Shown here: positions 23,701-37,000 of the stretch, piece after piece
How positions within the stretch are numbered: position 1 is the stretch's first letter
Layout: every line of letters starts with the position of its first letter
NCBI GenBank assembly: GCA_010405405.1
Contig: MU004238.1
Location: 693,530 to 757,529 of the forward strand
Reading direction: 5' to 3'
DNA length: 64,000 nt
Source: Microthyrium microscopicum
Taxonomy: Eukaryota
The notes under the pieces: model-generated
What the model was told of the DNA's origin: nothing
The model's database searches: none
What the model saw: the letters and a program-made list of their open reading frames with translations, nothing else
Position numbers and translations under genes: made by a program

Positions 23701-25838
23701 CACTGCTACATTGTACATCAGGGAATTGCGCAAAGGCCAAGATAATCTGATATCAGTCCCTTGGACTTTTATCGTGATCAAATCAAAACTCTATAATGTA
23801 GAAGTAAAAAACCGCGGCCGCATATCATCACGCAGCTGTGCTTTACCTGTGCCCAGTAGAAGTTCAGGTCACCAGCCGCTTCCGTCTTCCGCGCGGAGAC
23901 TATTTTGCTAGACCGATTGATCGGTTTGACCCTAATCTTGAATCTTGACCACTTTTACTTCGGCCGCCATTCGGAAAGCGTTCCGTCAATGTTCTTCAAT
24001 GCGCGCGAGAGCTTCCAAGGTGATAAAAATTGAGACTTGACCTTAAAAAGTTAACACCTATCCAACTCTTGTTTTCCTTTTTGAGTTTTATGTCCCGTTC
24101 TGCATGAATAGTCTGGCTAGCTCAAAGGCTAAAAGCATAGCAAAGCCCAACAGTTCACGAATCCTTCGAAGGATGGATCTTGCATAAAGGCCCCTGCTTT
24201 CCAGATGAGGTGTTGGTGTAGCAGAAAAGGCGCCACATGGTGACGGAGCGGCACCCACAAAACTGTTTCCGCTTGGAGCTAACTAAGCTAAGTTTATGAA
24301 CTCCAGAGTCATGGGCAGCGGGCTTTTTGGGCCAAATGCCAACATGCTGGCTCTGGTCCATGCGAGCAATTTCAACGCAAACCAGGCCATTTTCCCTCAG
24401 GGCTTGGCAAGTTATGGACCAAACTGCGTGAATCCGATGATTATTGATCCGCTTGCACGTCCGTTCGTTGGCGTGCTTGCAGAAAGGAAACTTGAAGGAT
24501 GTTGTTGTCCTAGTCACTGCCCGCCAATCCTGTTCGCGAGTCCTCGGCAGTCTTTTCCTTGCTCATCATTCATGCGAGGCGGCATAGCGGCCCCAGATGC
24601 CTGTACACGACCTGACGATTGGGTTTTGACATGCTTGATAATTGTATAGATTTTATGTATAGAGGACTCATCCGACCAACAACCAAGCCGAGTGACTGAT
24701 GCAGGTAATGTATCGGTACCTACAAAAGCACTCGCCGTACTTGATACTTGCCTACCTAAGTAGTAGAGTCCCTTGTCTCTTGGTACTAGTGTACATAGCG
24801 GTAGATGATGGTATATTCGGCCGGCGGCGTGCCTGCCAGACTACCGATGGGAAGGATTGTATTGCCTAGCGCAAGATCCCCCAAATTTCGCAATTGCAAT
24901 TCCTCTCTAGGTGCCGTGGAGAGGGCTTATGGGCTGTGGGCTGTGGGCTTAAGCTTGAGCTTGATGAAGCGCTGCTAAAGACTACGGTAAAGACTCTCTT
25001 CATTCTTTCCCTCGTGCCCCCGCGTCGCGCGAACGACTTTCTTGTCTCATTTTCCAATCCTAATCCCAATCCCATCCACACGCCGCCGCCAACTGTTTCT
25101 CCCCTTCTTCCCCAGCCCACTGCCCACTACTCCACTGCTCCCTAGTTCCATCTGCCTCTCTGCGGCGACTTACAGGGATTGCGCTTTTGTACATGAGCCC
25201 GTAGCTTGCTACCTACCTTCTGGCTTCCGCTGCATCCTTCTCCTGGAACAACCATGCTGTTGGTGGTTGGGCAAGCTCTTTGACCCGAGTCGTATAATAG
25301 TGCCTTCTGGCCCATCCCATTCTGGTCGCTGCTTGTGCCGCTTCTGCATATCCTGCGTGTCGCTACATGGAACTACGCAGTGCTGTTCTTGCAGTTTGTC
25401 TTGCATATGCTGCAGTAGTCAGCCTCGTCTCGCTCTTACCCATCTGATTGTACCTATTCTTTACTCTTGTTCTTATCCCGTTCCACTCCCCAACCCTACT
25501 TCCGACTCTCCTCACGCCATACACGCTTCGATCCGATATATTACGGGCAACTTTATTCTTATAAACCTGATCCTTATTACCAAGTTTGCTGCTTGGTAGG
25601 AACGTCGTTGACGTCCTACCTTCGAAAACCTTTCATCGTGGCTGCTATAGCTAAACCACCGGCTTTTCAGCTTGACACTCATCAGAAGTTTGCTCACCAG
25701 ACTCGAACAGGCGCTTCAACGCTAGAATCTAGCTCACCATATCGAATTCCTTTCAGTCCTCGTTCGCCAGTGGATACACTGGATCGCAGATGGGCTCCTC
25801 CATCTGACTCTCTAGCAAGTAATCCTGAAAGCAAACAG

Positions 25839-27524
25839 ATGTCCCACCATGGCTCTGCAACGGGAGTGCAAGCGCGTGGGCATTCTGGGGCCGAGCCGAT
25901 GCTTTCAGTTGGAGCAAATGGTAGATATTCAACGACAGGATCTCCAGCACTACCACATCCCTCATTGCCACAAAGGGAAAGGTCTCTAGATTTCCAAGCG
26001 CTGCCAGGTCCTGTATTGCCTCCACCTAGACCATCCTCTCAAGCAAGCACAGAATCAGACAGAAGATCTTCCAGGACGCTTGCCAGTGTACATTCTATGC
26101 TCAATCCTTCCAACGATGTTGATTCTGGTCCTAGGGGCCGAAGGCGCAGCGCAGCACAGATGGAGGACGACGGAGGTCCAATATCACCACCGATGGCCGA
26201 AATGCCGCTTAGTCGACCTGGCAGCAGCGGTGGGCACCCGATTGAACAGTCTATATCGCCTCCAGGGTTTCAGGGTAGTCGCTCAGGAATGCCTCGAAGA
26301 ATTCTCACCCCAACATTACACAGAGCTCAAAGTGCACAGAGTTTGAATCGCATCATTACCACTTCGGTTGAAAACAGGCAAAGTACTGGCACATTGGACG
26401 CCAAGGGAACACCGTTCCTTTCTATCGGTTCGGCGATGCATACAACAGAACCAGGACCGTCAGGAGTTACTCATTTACCACCGATGGGCGGACAGGGAGG
26501 TCAGCGGCAATCATTTAGCTACCAAGCACCCACGCCTCCTCCACCAAACACGGATTCCAGACGGAAAAGTCTCAGTGTCATTCCACAACAAGCTCCGCCA
26601 TCATTGTCATCTGCACGAGCAAGCCCCACTCCTTCGTCCTACTCTTCATATAGCCGAAGTGGACAGGCATCTCCTTCCTTCCCTTTTCCTGCAAGCACGG
26701 ATCAAACACCACCTGGCTCCTATTCTCTTGCTCCCAGCCCTGTGAACGGTCCGCTCAGCCACGTCCCACCCGTTTCCCTGGATTCAGATGGCTATTCTCA
26801 CGGCATTCCCGTGGTTTCGGCGGGACAGAGCACGTACGAGCTCTTCAGTCTTCAGACAGGCAGGGGTACGGTTTCACTACCGGTCGAGGTCCATGTTGCG
26901 TCACGTCAAGCCGATGAAAAGCGAAAACGCAATGCGGGTGCTTCTGCACGTTTCCGTCAACGGCGCAAAGAAAAGGAGCGCGAGGCAAATGCTACCATCG
27001 ACAAGCTGCGTGACACTTTGCGGCAAATGACTCAGGATGCTCAGTACTACAAGACTGAACGTGACCGGTACCTGGAAGCTTTGAAAGGTTCACCCGGCTG
27101 GGAGCGTTACATGCCACGATCGCCATCTCCAGTGTCAAAGAGAGGTCCGCTAGAGCAACAAAGCTTGCAGAGCTTGTCTGCTGGAAATATGACACCTGGG
27201 AGCCCGCAATCAGGTACAAGTTCAGAGCACACGCGACCTGCGGAGGGAGAGAGGAATACTCGACGTCGAACAGACGCATACTCGCTGCCTATGCCATCTC
27301 CCACAGCTCCGCAAGGCCCTCAATTCCAGTCTCCTTTTGGACCGTACAGTCCGACTTCAGCTGCTCCGCCTCAACAGCAATATCCACCCCAACATCCTCC
27401 CTATTCACCAACGTCTCTCGAACCTGGACAACCCAATAGGCTATCGATGAACGATATTCCCCTGGGCGCGCGCCCCAATTATGCTCATTGGTCATCCCAT
27501 TCTCCGCCTGCAGGTCACACTTAG
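25839..27524 (+). CDS. bZIP transcription factor (Zip1/MetR-class basic region)
   Basis: DEKRKRNAGASARFRQRRKEKE followed by a coiled coil, after a long S/P-rich N-terminus. The first in-frame ATG is 25839 (the ORF track starts at TTG 25467). Confidence 0.9.
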   Translation: MSHHGSATGVQARGHSGAEPMLSVGANGRYSTTGSPALPHPSLPQRERSLDFQALPGPVLPPPRPSSQASTESDRRSSRTLASVHSMLNPSNDVDSGPRGRRRSAAQMEDDGGPISPPMAEMPLSRPGSSGGHPIEQSISPPGFQGSRSGMPRRILTPTLHRAQSAQSLNRIITTSVENRQSTGTLDAKGTPFLSIGSAMHTTEPGPSGVTHLPPMGGQGGQRQSFSYQAPTPPPPNTDSRRKSLSVIPQQAPPSLSSARASPTPSSYSSYSRSGQASPSFPFPASTDQTPPGSYSLAPSPVNGPLSHVPPVSLDSDGYSHGIPVVSAGQSTYELFSLQTGRGTVSLPVEVHVASRQADEKRKRNAGASARFRQRRKEKEREANATIDKLRDTLRQMTQDAQYYKTERDRYLEALKGSPGWERYMPRSPSPVSKRGPLEQQSLQSLSAGNMTPGSPQSGTSSEHTRPAEGERNTRRRTDAYSLPMPSPTAPQGPQFQSPFGPYSPTSAAPPQQQYPPQHPPYSPTSLEPGQPNRLSMNDIPLGARPNYAHWSSHSPPAGHT

Positions 27525-30500
27525 ACGGAACCCTTTCATGTGCTACCTCCTTTCTCTCCGTTACGTTCGTCCTTTGTCTACTAAATAAGCCGAACACGCC
27601 TCTCACACTCCCCGTCAACACATTTTGTAACCGCAGCACTCACCATTCAAGTCAATTATTTCAGCCACCGTTGGCTGTCCATTGCCATCATGTTTCTTTC
27701 TACGATGCGGATACTTCCGCGTTTTGCCCACAACTACAGTCTTTTTGATCCGCTGCTATATACCCATACCCCTTCAGACGCCGCCGAAAGGATTTGTTAT
27801 TTCCCGATGTTTTGGAGCGAAATTGAGATGTCTACATTATTTCAGAGATTCCCCCAGTGTCGATACGCGGTGTATACGGAAATATAGAATGAGAGCAGCA
27901 ATATCTCACGATTCTAGCGCACATATCATACTCCTTTGATTCTTCTATTTCTTACTCATACCGCTGTTCACATATAGGTGTATTTCGTTGACTTTTAACC
28001 GTCTATGTAACTACAATTCTGCGAGCATGTCTTACCACCGAATCGCATATCCCATACTTGCACACTAACTCATGTAACTACCAATTTCGAAATCATACGT
28101 AGCAAAAATCCATCCCACTGGGACTGATACTTACTGCAACAATGTAACAATGCATCCTCATATGTCAATGAGCTACCAATCAGACACGTTATAATGCGTA
28201 AATATCTGCTCGCTCGCTCAACCGCACCCTTTTGTTGGTTCTGAGATATCCCTTCCACGGCTTCAATGCAGGAAGCAGCACAAGGCTGCTGGCTGCGATG
28301 CACGCCCCTGACTTCTACTCGATTTCCTTTTCTGCCAGCTCAAATACCCAGACCAACGACCTTCTTGCCTAAAGGAGCGTTGCCATTGTATCCAGATACC
28401 TGATCGGTTCAAAACACGTACATGATCTTTGCCCTCCCTGCCCATTTCAAGAGTCCATCTTGCCCGTCTCGCATCCGACGACAGTAACCGATATCCCGGT
28501 TTTCGCCTGACGTGTCTGTTTTTGTTTTCGCTATGCAAGATATCCTCGCAGAAATAGTGTGTATTTACTATCTGAATGATGCATTATATGACAACGCCCC
28601 ACTACAAACAACTGCTACGCGGCACCACTCGTCCTCAAGCTCGGTAACGCGAAGCAGTTGTTGTCAGAGAGGGCGGGGCAGCCTCCGCTCTGCTTGGACA
28701 ACAACAGGTACATCGCTCTACTTCACAGGGGATGTATCTTTGGGACTATGGAGGGTACTCGGTCTGTACGTCAACACCCTCGCAAACCTCTACCTTAGCT
28801 GCATCAAGACCATCTGCTGGTCGGCAAAGCGGTCTCGACTTTTACGCCGCTTGTTGATCAAGATTGACCAGAAGCAAATAACCTCCAAATTGTAGCTGAA
28901 CGCGTCAATTCTGGAATTTGCCGGATATGCAGCAGGCTGACTGGTTGCTTTACAAGGTACATGCAGGAGAGGTAGCGCTTGCGTAGAATTACTGCGTAAA
29001 ATCGCTGGACGAATACTTTGCTTGCATGTCTCCCCCCGTCGTCCGCAAGGTCAGGCCTTGCTAGCAAATCAATCCAATCTAGCCGTGTCATCTCTAGTAA
29101 GTACTAATCATGTACCGAGTACGAAATCATCTGCGGGGCAGAACTAAAGGTGGCGGGCAGACATTGGTAGTCTTGCTTTTTTATGCAGCCTTGATGCAAC
29201 GCATCGTCTGCCTCGCCTCTGGTTGACACTTGAGGATGTTTGGCTCGGAGCAAAAGCAGTCATTTCCTAGAAGGTTTTCGCTGGGGCATGTTCCTGGTAC
29301 CTTCAAGGTCTTTTACTTCGCTCTCGTACAAAATGCACACCGCTCCTATTTTCCTGTTGGTTCATTGCAGGTTATTTTGCTGCATGCCGTCAATTCCGAG
29401 AATTTCCATAGGTGCACTCACCGCTCCTCTACTGCTTGAAAACCAATCAGGCTGGCCTTGCGAGACCTGGAGGCCATTACCTGAGCCCTTAGGCTGTGGG
29501 CCTGTATGGCACATTGGTAAGGTTGATGAAAACTCCACTCTCGAAGAGGCCAGAGCTCCTTGCTTCCCCAGTCTGGAAAGGGATTATCTGGAGCACAGTT
29601 ATTGCTAAATGACGTATATTTTCTTTCGAGTACGAACTGTTTTATCAGCGTGTTATGTATGCGCAAAAGAAAGGATTCGCGATGATGGTGATACACCACC
29701 ACAGCGCAAAAGCAGAGGCACATATTCAAAGGCTAATGTGACCTCGAGCCTTCACTACCCTGGCTTGGCCTGCCTGCTGTACTGATATCATTTCATTATT
29801 TCAGGACTCTAAGAATTACTCGGCAATCATGACGGACATACTCTCTGTAGTCTCACGCAATTGACGGGCTTGTCTACCGACGTTGGTGCAAGTGCTAGTG
29901 GATAGGAGGTTATCCCCATGAGTCTTGATTGGTCTCGTTTGCATCTGAAGGCGATGATATCAAGACTATCCTCCCGCTTAACATTGTCGTGCATCGTCAA
30001 ACCTTCTAATGAGGACGGGACGGCACCGGTGCGTTCCCAGTACCATGGGATGTGTCTCCGAGCATACCAACTGCCGGCTTCTTTACTTTTCGTCCATGGA
30101 ACAAGATATCGACCGAACTCAAACAATGTGTTGAGCTTCACGAACGAGAAGTACTTCATGGACACGTATCAATTATGTACCTCAGCAGGCAAGCAGCCTT
30201 GAAACCCATGCTCCAGCACCGCTTTCCAGCCTCGGAGGGGCCTCAACCCCCGGAAATGACATGCAGCAAAAGAGCTTGCTTTTTGGCCAGCAAGCTCACA
30301 CCAGTCGTGCCAGCACGACATGGTCTCATCAACCAACGACCACCGTCTGAATTGGTGACTGCGTGTCAGTCACGGATAGGGTAGATGTCATCTCATTCTC
30401 ATCTATTCGAATGCACCATAGCAGGATAGTCTAGATATATTTTCAGGCTTATGTTCATTGTACGAAGATATCAGTACAAAGCGGTACGAAGCACACACCC

Positions 30501-32616
30501 CTTGGACTCGACATGAGGCGCACAGTACGTACCCCTGATGCCCCGCTGATATGGCATCAGGTAGCTCCTATCTGAAGAATTACTTGCGTCTCAGCCGACA
30601 TCGGTCATCTTCGAAGTCTGGTAGTCACTGCTGAACAGCAAGTCCAATGAAATCAACATACCAGCTTCTAAAGAACTCAGCGCCGTTGGCGACGAAATTA
30701 AAATGCCCGCCAGTACCGCGATGAACAGTCACCTGCTCGTCGTGTGCCGTGTGATAGGCGGTTGAGCGTGTAGAGAGGAAAGAAGAGCTTAGAAAAGAGA
30801 AAACTATCATGTTCACCGACGCGGATGCCCTGTAGCTTCGCGTGGGATCGCCTTGGATTATTTGGAAGAGGCACAACACATTCACAAACGGGCATAAAAC
30901 TGCAGTCTCTTACAGGGAAATGCGGACCCAGTGGATTGGTTCGGCGCAGCCGACCGACCATCTCCACAAGTTGGCCTGGCTTTAGTTCACGAACTTGTCA
31001 CGTACCTGGTACGCGACTGTGGAGAAGACAAGTCTTTAAAGCCCAGAGTCCAATTTCGTAGACACTGGATAGTAGCAGGGAGTCTTGTTGGTAATGTGCT
31101 TCAATGGACATTCATTATCGAGCAATCATCGAGCAATAACTACATCCCAATACCACGGCTGATTGCAAGGTGGAGGTCAGTTTAAACGTGGACAAGCGCA
31201 GGCGAATGTCTGAGCACATACTTCTGGGCCGCGCCTTGCGTGATATCTCACTTTTTCACACTTCGATGATTCCCGAATTACGCCTTGCGAGATATCTGTG
31301 TTTGTCAGGTAAGCCTTCATCTCTCACCGCCGGATTTCGTTTGTGTGCATGCAAGCCGGTCGCTTTAGCGGTCGCTTGTGGCTGCTTGAAAAAGATAGAG
31401 TAGATCATAGAATCAGCCAATCCAACAGAATTCAGATGGTGAATCAACTGTCGGTTAACAATTCATACTTTCATTCGATTGGAAAGCTGGGACGTCATGG
31501 TGATAGCAAGACCGGTACTGATCTAGACCTGAATAATGTCCAAAGTACATCCAAAGTTGATCCAACAAGATGCAAGCACGCACCGCCTAATCCTTCCAAT
31601 CCTTCCCTCCCGCGCTCCCGAAGGCGCAACCCGTGGGGACATCGGGAAATGGATCCACTTGGACTTGTAGCGCCTCCAAAGGCTTGTTAGTTCGTAATGC
31701 CCAGACGGGAATGAACCAATCAAGACGCAAAGAATGCAGCCCCGAAAGAAAATTGCTCACGATCAACCTGTTCTTCAGTCGTGTAACCAACCAACTGCTG
31801 GTCACACAAGACCGTTCTTCAGCTGCAGCAAGCAATCACCAGGGTGCGCGGCAAAGATTGCTTAGGCTGTGCCGCAACGCGAAGGAAGGATTGGAAGATG
31901 GTGTCTGCATGGCATCGAGAGAGCGTTCATGCGGGAGCCAATCCTTCCGACTGCCGGAAGGATTTGAGTAGGCGTTGCAGCGTATGCAAGATTACCCTAC
32001 GGGTGGGAACGAGTTTGGTGTTCGTATTACTGAAGAAGCAAAGAAGCGAAGAAGCAAACCTGTATTATCACGTCTGTTTCAGTTCATTCAATTTGCTGCA
32101 AGAGATGTGTAGACAGAAATATACAAGTAAGCGCGAGGGCAGACATTCAACGTGGGCTATGCATACATTGTCGCTGAAGGCGCTTGATCATACATGTCGA
32201 CATATTCTGCCTGTATCCACAACGTATACTCGCGTCCCAGAGATTGTAATTGGCAGAAAAGACACGACATAGAAAGCCAAAGCTTGATCTATAGTCGGCA
32301 GCCTCCGTGAAACTTCAGGTTGAGGTGCAGGAAGTTCAACAATCGAGCGATGTAAGAGCTATGAGCTACCTGCAGAGCTTACCGCATAAGCGCCATAGCT
32401 GCAGCTCTCTTTCAACTTCAATCAAATCTGCAAATAGCGGAACGGCAGAGCGGCGCGCTGCTCCGGGGTTGCTTTTGGAGAAAGTTATCTCTTTTGTCCC
32501 AGAGCACGCGAAGATTATCGAAGCGTGCTGTTTGGCGGGCACAAAACACCTACCATATTAAATCATTCGAAATCATTCGATGGCAATGATGTTTGTTGAC
32601 AACAAGCGAACGTGCC

Positions 32617-33611
32617 TTAGCTGCGGAACGGTATGTTCAATGTATATCGACTACTTCGCAAATCGACGCCTACCATGCTACGTATCGTTCTCGTTGCTGT
32701 GTACGATTGCTGAGTTGATTGCAGCCTATAATGATCTTTGACGATGTCCAAGACCATGAAAGTGGCAATGCTAGCCTGCCCATTATATAAGGAATCTGAT
32801 GTAATGGTGGAATAATCCGATGAGCTCGACCCAGTACTCCAACGACCGATGGACATTGTGGATGTGGGGCGAAGTAATGATTCACTCTCCGGGGAATGTG
32901 GGGATTGAGCTTCTCGGATGAGACCCTGTTCTTCTGCATCCAGGTCCTGAGAGTCATGGCTTGGAATGTGCTCGCCTGGAGAATGATCCAGCTGGGAAAT
33001 CGATTCAACATTTCGTGCAGGTCTCCTTCTCTTGGTCAACGAGGCTCGTTTTCGAATAGCAGCCACACTTGCAAGCTGTAGAATCAAGACCAAGAGATCG
33101 TGGGCGACCAGCTCAAGCCTCGAAGCCGGCCCAGTTTGTCCAACAAAGTCCAAAAGGATTCCGCCATGAAGGTATCCACGGGTTGCCTCCCCTGGAATTG
33201 GAGGAGTGAAGATGATACGCCAAAGCAGGCAGAGTGCATTGCTCGCCAAGACATAAAGAAAATACACATGCACCGGATCTTGAGCGGTAGTCTCTGGTTT
33301 TGATAACAGAGCCTGAGTGAACATTCGAAATGATAGCAATATAAATGAGTTACTGGGCATGTTAGACTACAATCAGGACGATGCCAGTGGACGTACTCTC
33401 GGTAATATCCAGCAGCGACTTGCACAGCAAACAAGACTTCCAAGTTGTCCTTGATATGATTGATCAGGAAAGCTCTATGGACAACAGATCTCTGTCGCTG
33501 TGTCCTGCGAGGCGAAGGGCGCTGTGAGCTGGTGACATTAGGATGAGCAGCACTCTCCAATTCTACGCTGTCTGGTAACTGTGCACCTCCAGATATTGAC
33601 TCGCCGCTCAT
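32617..33611 (-). CDS. DSC4: DUF1746 / Dsc E3 ligase complex subunit 4; intron 33353-33396
   Basis: The GTACGT..CTAAC..CAG intron joins YYRD|NSFILLSFR. Hallmark GEATRGYLHGGILLDFVGQ...DLLVLILQL and QDLDAEEQG. Confidence 0.85.
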
Positions 33612-34048
33612 GTCAGATGCTCATTTCAGATATAAGCGATGATGACGAATAGCTCCCGAGTTCGATGATCTTCTAATATTGAACCAGCTCATGGCATTGA
33701 TAGCATCGATGAAGTAGAGATGAACAAGCATCAGAAGAACATGGACTGGAGTACGATATTGGGCCGAGCCTCAACCAGGGCCGGCCCGAAAAGCTTGTGG
33801 TGCACGTGCTCTCGGCTATCGTACCGGTATTATCACATGCTGTGACCCCTGTCCATGTCTGATCTGAATATCCAACCTCCAACCCTCGTGACAGAGTAAC
33901 CTTGAACAAGAATCTGGTGGAATGCTACACCTCCATACTTTTCCGGGAGCCGCAGAGATCTCAACGGATTCTCAAATGCCCTAACAGCATCTAGATTCGA
34001 AATCATGGCCACAGTGCCTCCGCGAATCCTCCTAGTTACGTCGGAAAT

Positions 34049-37000
34049 ATGTTTGCGACTCCTCTAGCCGAAAAATCCAGGTCGCAGCAGTCTCCAGCCT
34101 CAATCTCTACTCCAAGCTCCTCAACCCCCGGAAAGCTACCGGAAGCGTACAATTCAAGTCCTCCTGTTGCCGTAGATTCTGTAGGGTCGGGCTCCGTGTC
34201 GCAAACAAACCACAGAAATGGATCGGCAATTCAAGAGAGCTCGCCAAGTGTGCGAAAGAAGAATTCTAGGCGTATCGGGGGCTTCTTGCTAGGTTCTACC
34301 TTTCAGAAAGGATCGCGCAAAAGACATAAATCCCCCGAAGCGAAGGATACGGGCTCCAATGGTAATGGCAAGCATGTCATGCAATCAAGAGGAAGTCATG
34401 ACGTGGCACGCATCTCAAACGATGCGCAGCCTTCAAACGAATTAAGAAATTTCCATGAAAGCCCTGGATTACATTCTAGTAATGCGGGAACGCGGCTGTC
34501 TTACGATTACACTCCTACCACTCTGACAAGATCCTTCGACTCTCCCCGGCAAGGCACAGAAGATTCGCCTCGAACAAGCTATGATCCATCAATTGGTCCA
34601 GATAGTTCAGATATGCCTACTAAGGCCTCTATTGACGCATCTCAAATTGTGTCAATGGCGCTGAACTTGAGCGAAGGACGCCGAAGAAACTTTAGTGGCC
34701 ACAATATGCAGATTTCAAGATCAGGAAACGCACAAAGAGTGGTATCTTCCTCTGGAGCACCGATTCTTCAACCACCTTACGGTCATGGGGGAACTCTTCG
34801 AAAGCATCTGCAAGATCAGAGACGGATATCTCGCAATCCGCCAGATGAGTTTGGTCGCAAATCACCTGGTCCACGTATCCCCTCATCTTCATTTAGATCT
34901 GCGGATGCCAATACTTCTCTACCACTTCGAGTATCTTCTGCTACTGAAGCGAGGGTTGCAAAAGCTAGACAGCATATTGAGCTTGCCGTCGAGTATCATA
35001 GACTACTTGAACACTTACCTCCGTTACAACCTCAACAGGATATCATTGATCATGTCCCAGTTTCCGACGGGCGTCTTCCTAAAAGCGGCGCGACACGCAA
35101 CCATCATGGTGTATCTCTCGGTCGACAATACAATCCCCTCCAGCTCATCAGAAACCGGAAAGCCAGAGCTCGTGCTCGTAACCCTCTTCAGCCTGGCGCG
35201 GAGAGCTGGGAGAATCCAGAAGCAGTTGATGATTGGATTAATATTGTGGAAAATGTAGCGACACGGCCAAATTACATGCGCGGCGATGAAGTTGCTCTCC
35301 CACGTTATCCTCCCAGGCAGTACGATGCGCTTGATATAGCCGGTGTACCCGCGGATCCGTCAGCCAGTACCAGTGGAACGACTAACCGCCCCACTCGTCC
35401 TCGTCTGGATTGGTTCACATCTCCTGGGGAATTTTTAGCCGACGCTTACTGGCTTGAGCAAGGATATCACAAGACAATAATTGAGGGTCCTATGGGACAT
35501 AAGCTCTTCCCCTACATGGCGCCGTTACAAGAGCCAAGAGCAAGTGTAGAAAGCCGACATAGCCGCCATGGATCTTTACAGCTGTCAGCTGGCTCCGAAA
35601 AGGGTGTTGAGAGTGAACCTGAAAGCCATGTAGAACGTCGCGGACGACAACGACAGGCTGACGAGCAAGGTGGGCAGGAAGAGTCAAAACGCTTCAGAGT
35701 CTGGCAGAGAGGACAACGGCGCTCACGCAGTTCTTCCTCGCGTCTGTCCCACTCTGATGACGAAGAAGGGAAATTGGCTCGTCCCTTGAATAAGCGGCAC
35801 ACCTCAGACTTCCTCGACACTGCTCCTCTAGCCAAACATCTAAGTAGCATTATGGACCAGCAGCAGAGTTTGGCTCCACTGGATCAATCTCCACAGCTTG
35901 TATCACCAGGCACTCCTAATAAATGGGGTTTGGATCAGAACGGACCCCGCGAAAGCAATGGGGCACCGGATCGAAATGGTGTTCGCGAAAACCAACCACC
36001 TCCCAGCCTACGCCTACAGGCACCTTTCGATTCGTCCAGTCCGGCCGAAATAGTGTCAACACGACCCGCTGAGGAGCTTGGATCTGTGGATGGATCTGTG
36101 CCTAGCTCTCCGATCCTGGGAGGCTTTATGCGTCGAGCAGGCACGGAACCTTTTGGTCAACGAGAACGAAATGGATCGCCTAGTCGCAAGCCTACTAGAC
36201 ATCTTTTACCATTTGTACGATCAGAGCACAAAGACAGTAAGCGTGTTGAGTCTGGAAGCACCGTCGAAGATAGTGATCGAAGCTTTCGAAAGGTTAGCGA
36301 GGAACCCAAACCAACAAGACATAGCTTGGACGTGCCTAGCCAAGCTCACCACCATTCTCATCTTCACCATCATCACGGCAAACATTTGTTTTCCACAAAA
36401 ACTCACGATAGTCTCAATTCAGAAACAACCCAGCCTTCTATCAAGGCCAAAGATGTCAAGGAAAGGGAGGCAGATTCAGCTGTGCGTAGATTCTTCAAAG
36501 GGGGTCGTATAGGTGATGTGCTACGAGGTGAAAATAGTAGAAGTGGTAGTATGAGGCGAAAACGAGAGCCAACGTCTGATCCTCATGCTAATATGGATGC
36601 TGATACAGAGTCGATGGATGAGTCCGACACTGATGACATTTCTGGAAGCGAGCAGGCCAGTCAAAATAAAAGAGACCCAAAGCTTCACAAGATTGTCACA
36701 TCAGGGATGGATAGCACCGACAGCTCGCATTCCCCACGCAAATTGAAGCTCAAGTATAATTTTGAGCTTCCAGCTTTTCGGCCAGCCAATCCATCACTTC
36801 TTTCTTCTCGGCCGTCTACTCCAGAGCAGGAGAAACGCAATAAGTTTTTTCAAGCCCAGTCTCCTCTTCGCGAGGATAAGCTTCTCCATAAGCAAAAGCG
36901 TAGTCCAGACACTCCAGGCGACTCAACAACTTCTCTTTCTCTCATTCCCACTGGTTCAACATTCAACTCGCCCGAGCAAAATGTTCAACATGCCCACCAC

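Noticed and set aside
24928..25075. GGGCTGT x3 and CCAATCCTAATCCCAATCCC short repeats
   Set aside because: Ordinary low-complexity promoter sequence.
27700..32560. Many 60-140 aa ORFs in the intergenic region
   Set aside because: No domain similarity and no consistent exon chain could be built.
32561..32580. aatcattcga tandem duplication
   Set aside because: A simple 10-bp slippage duplication in a 3' region with no further structure.
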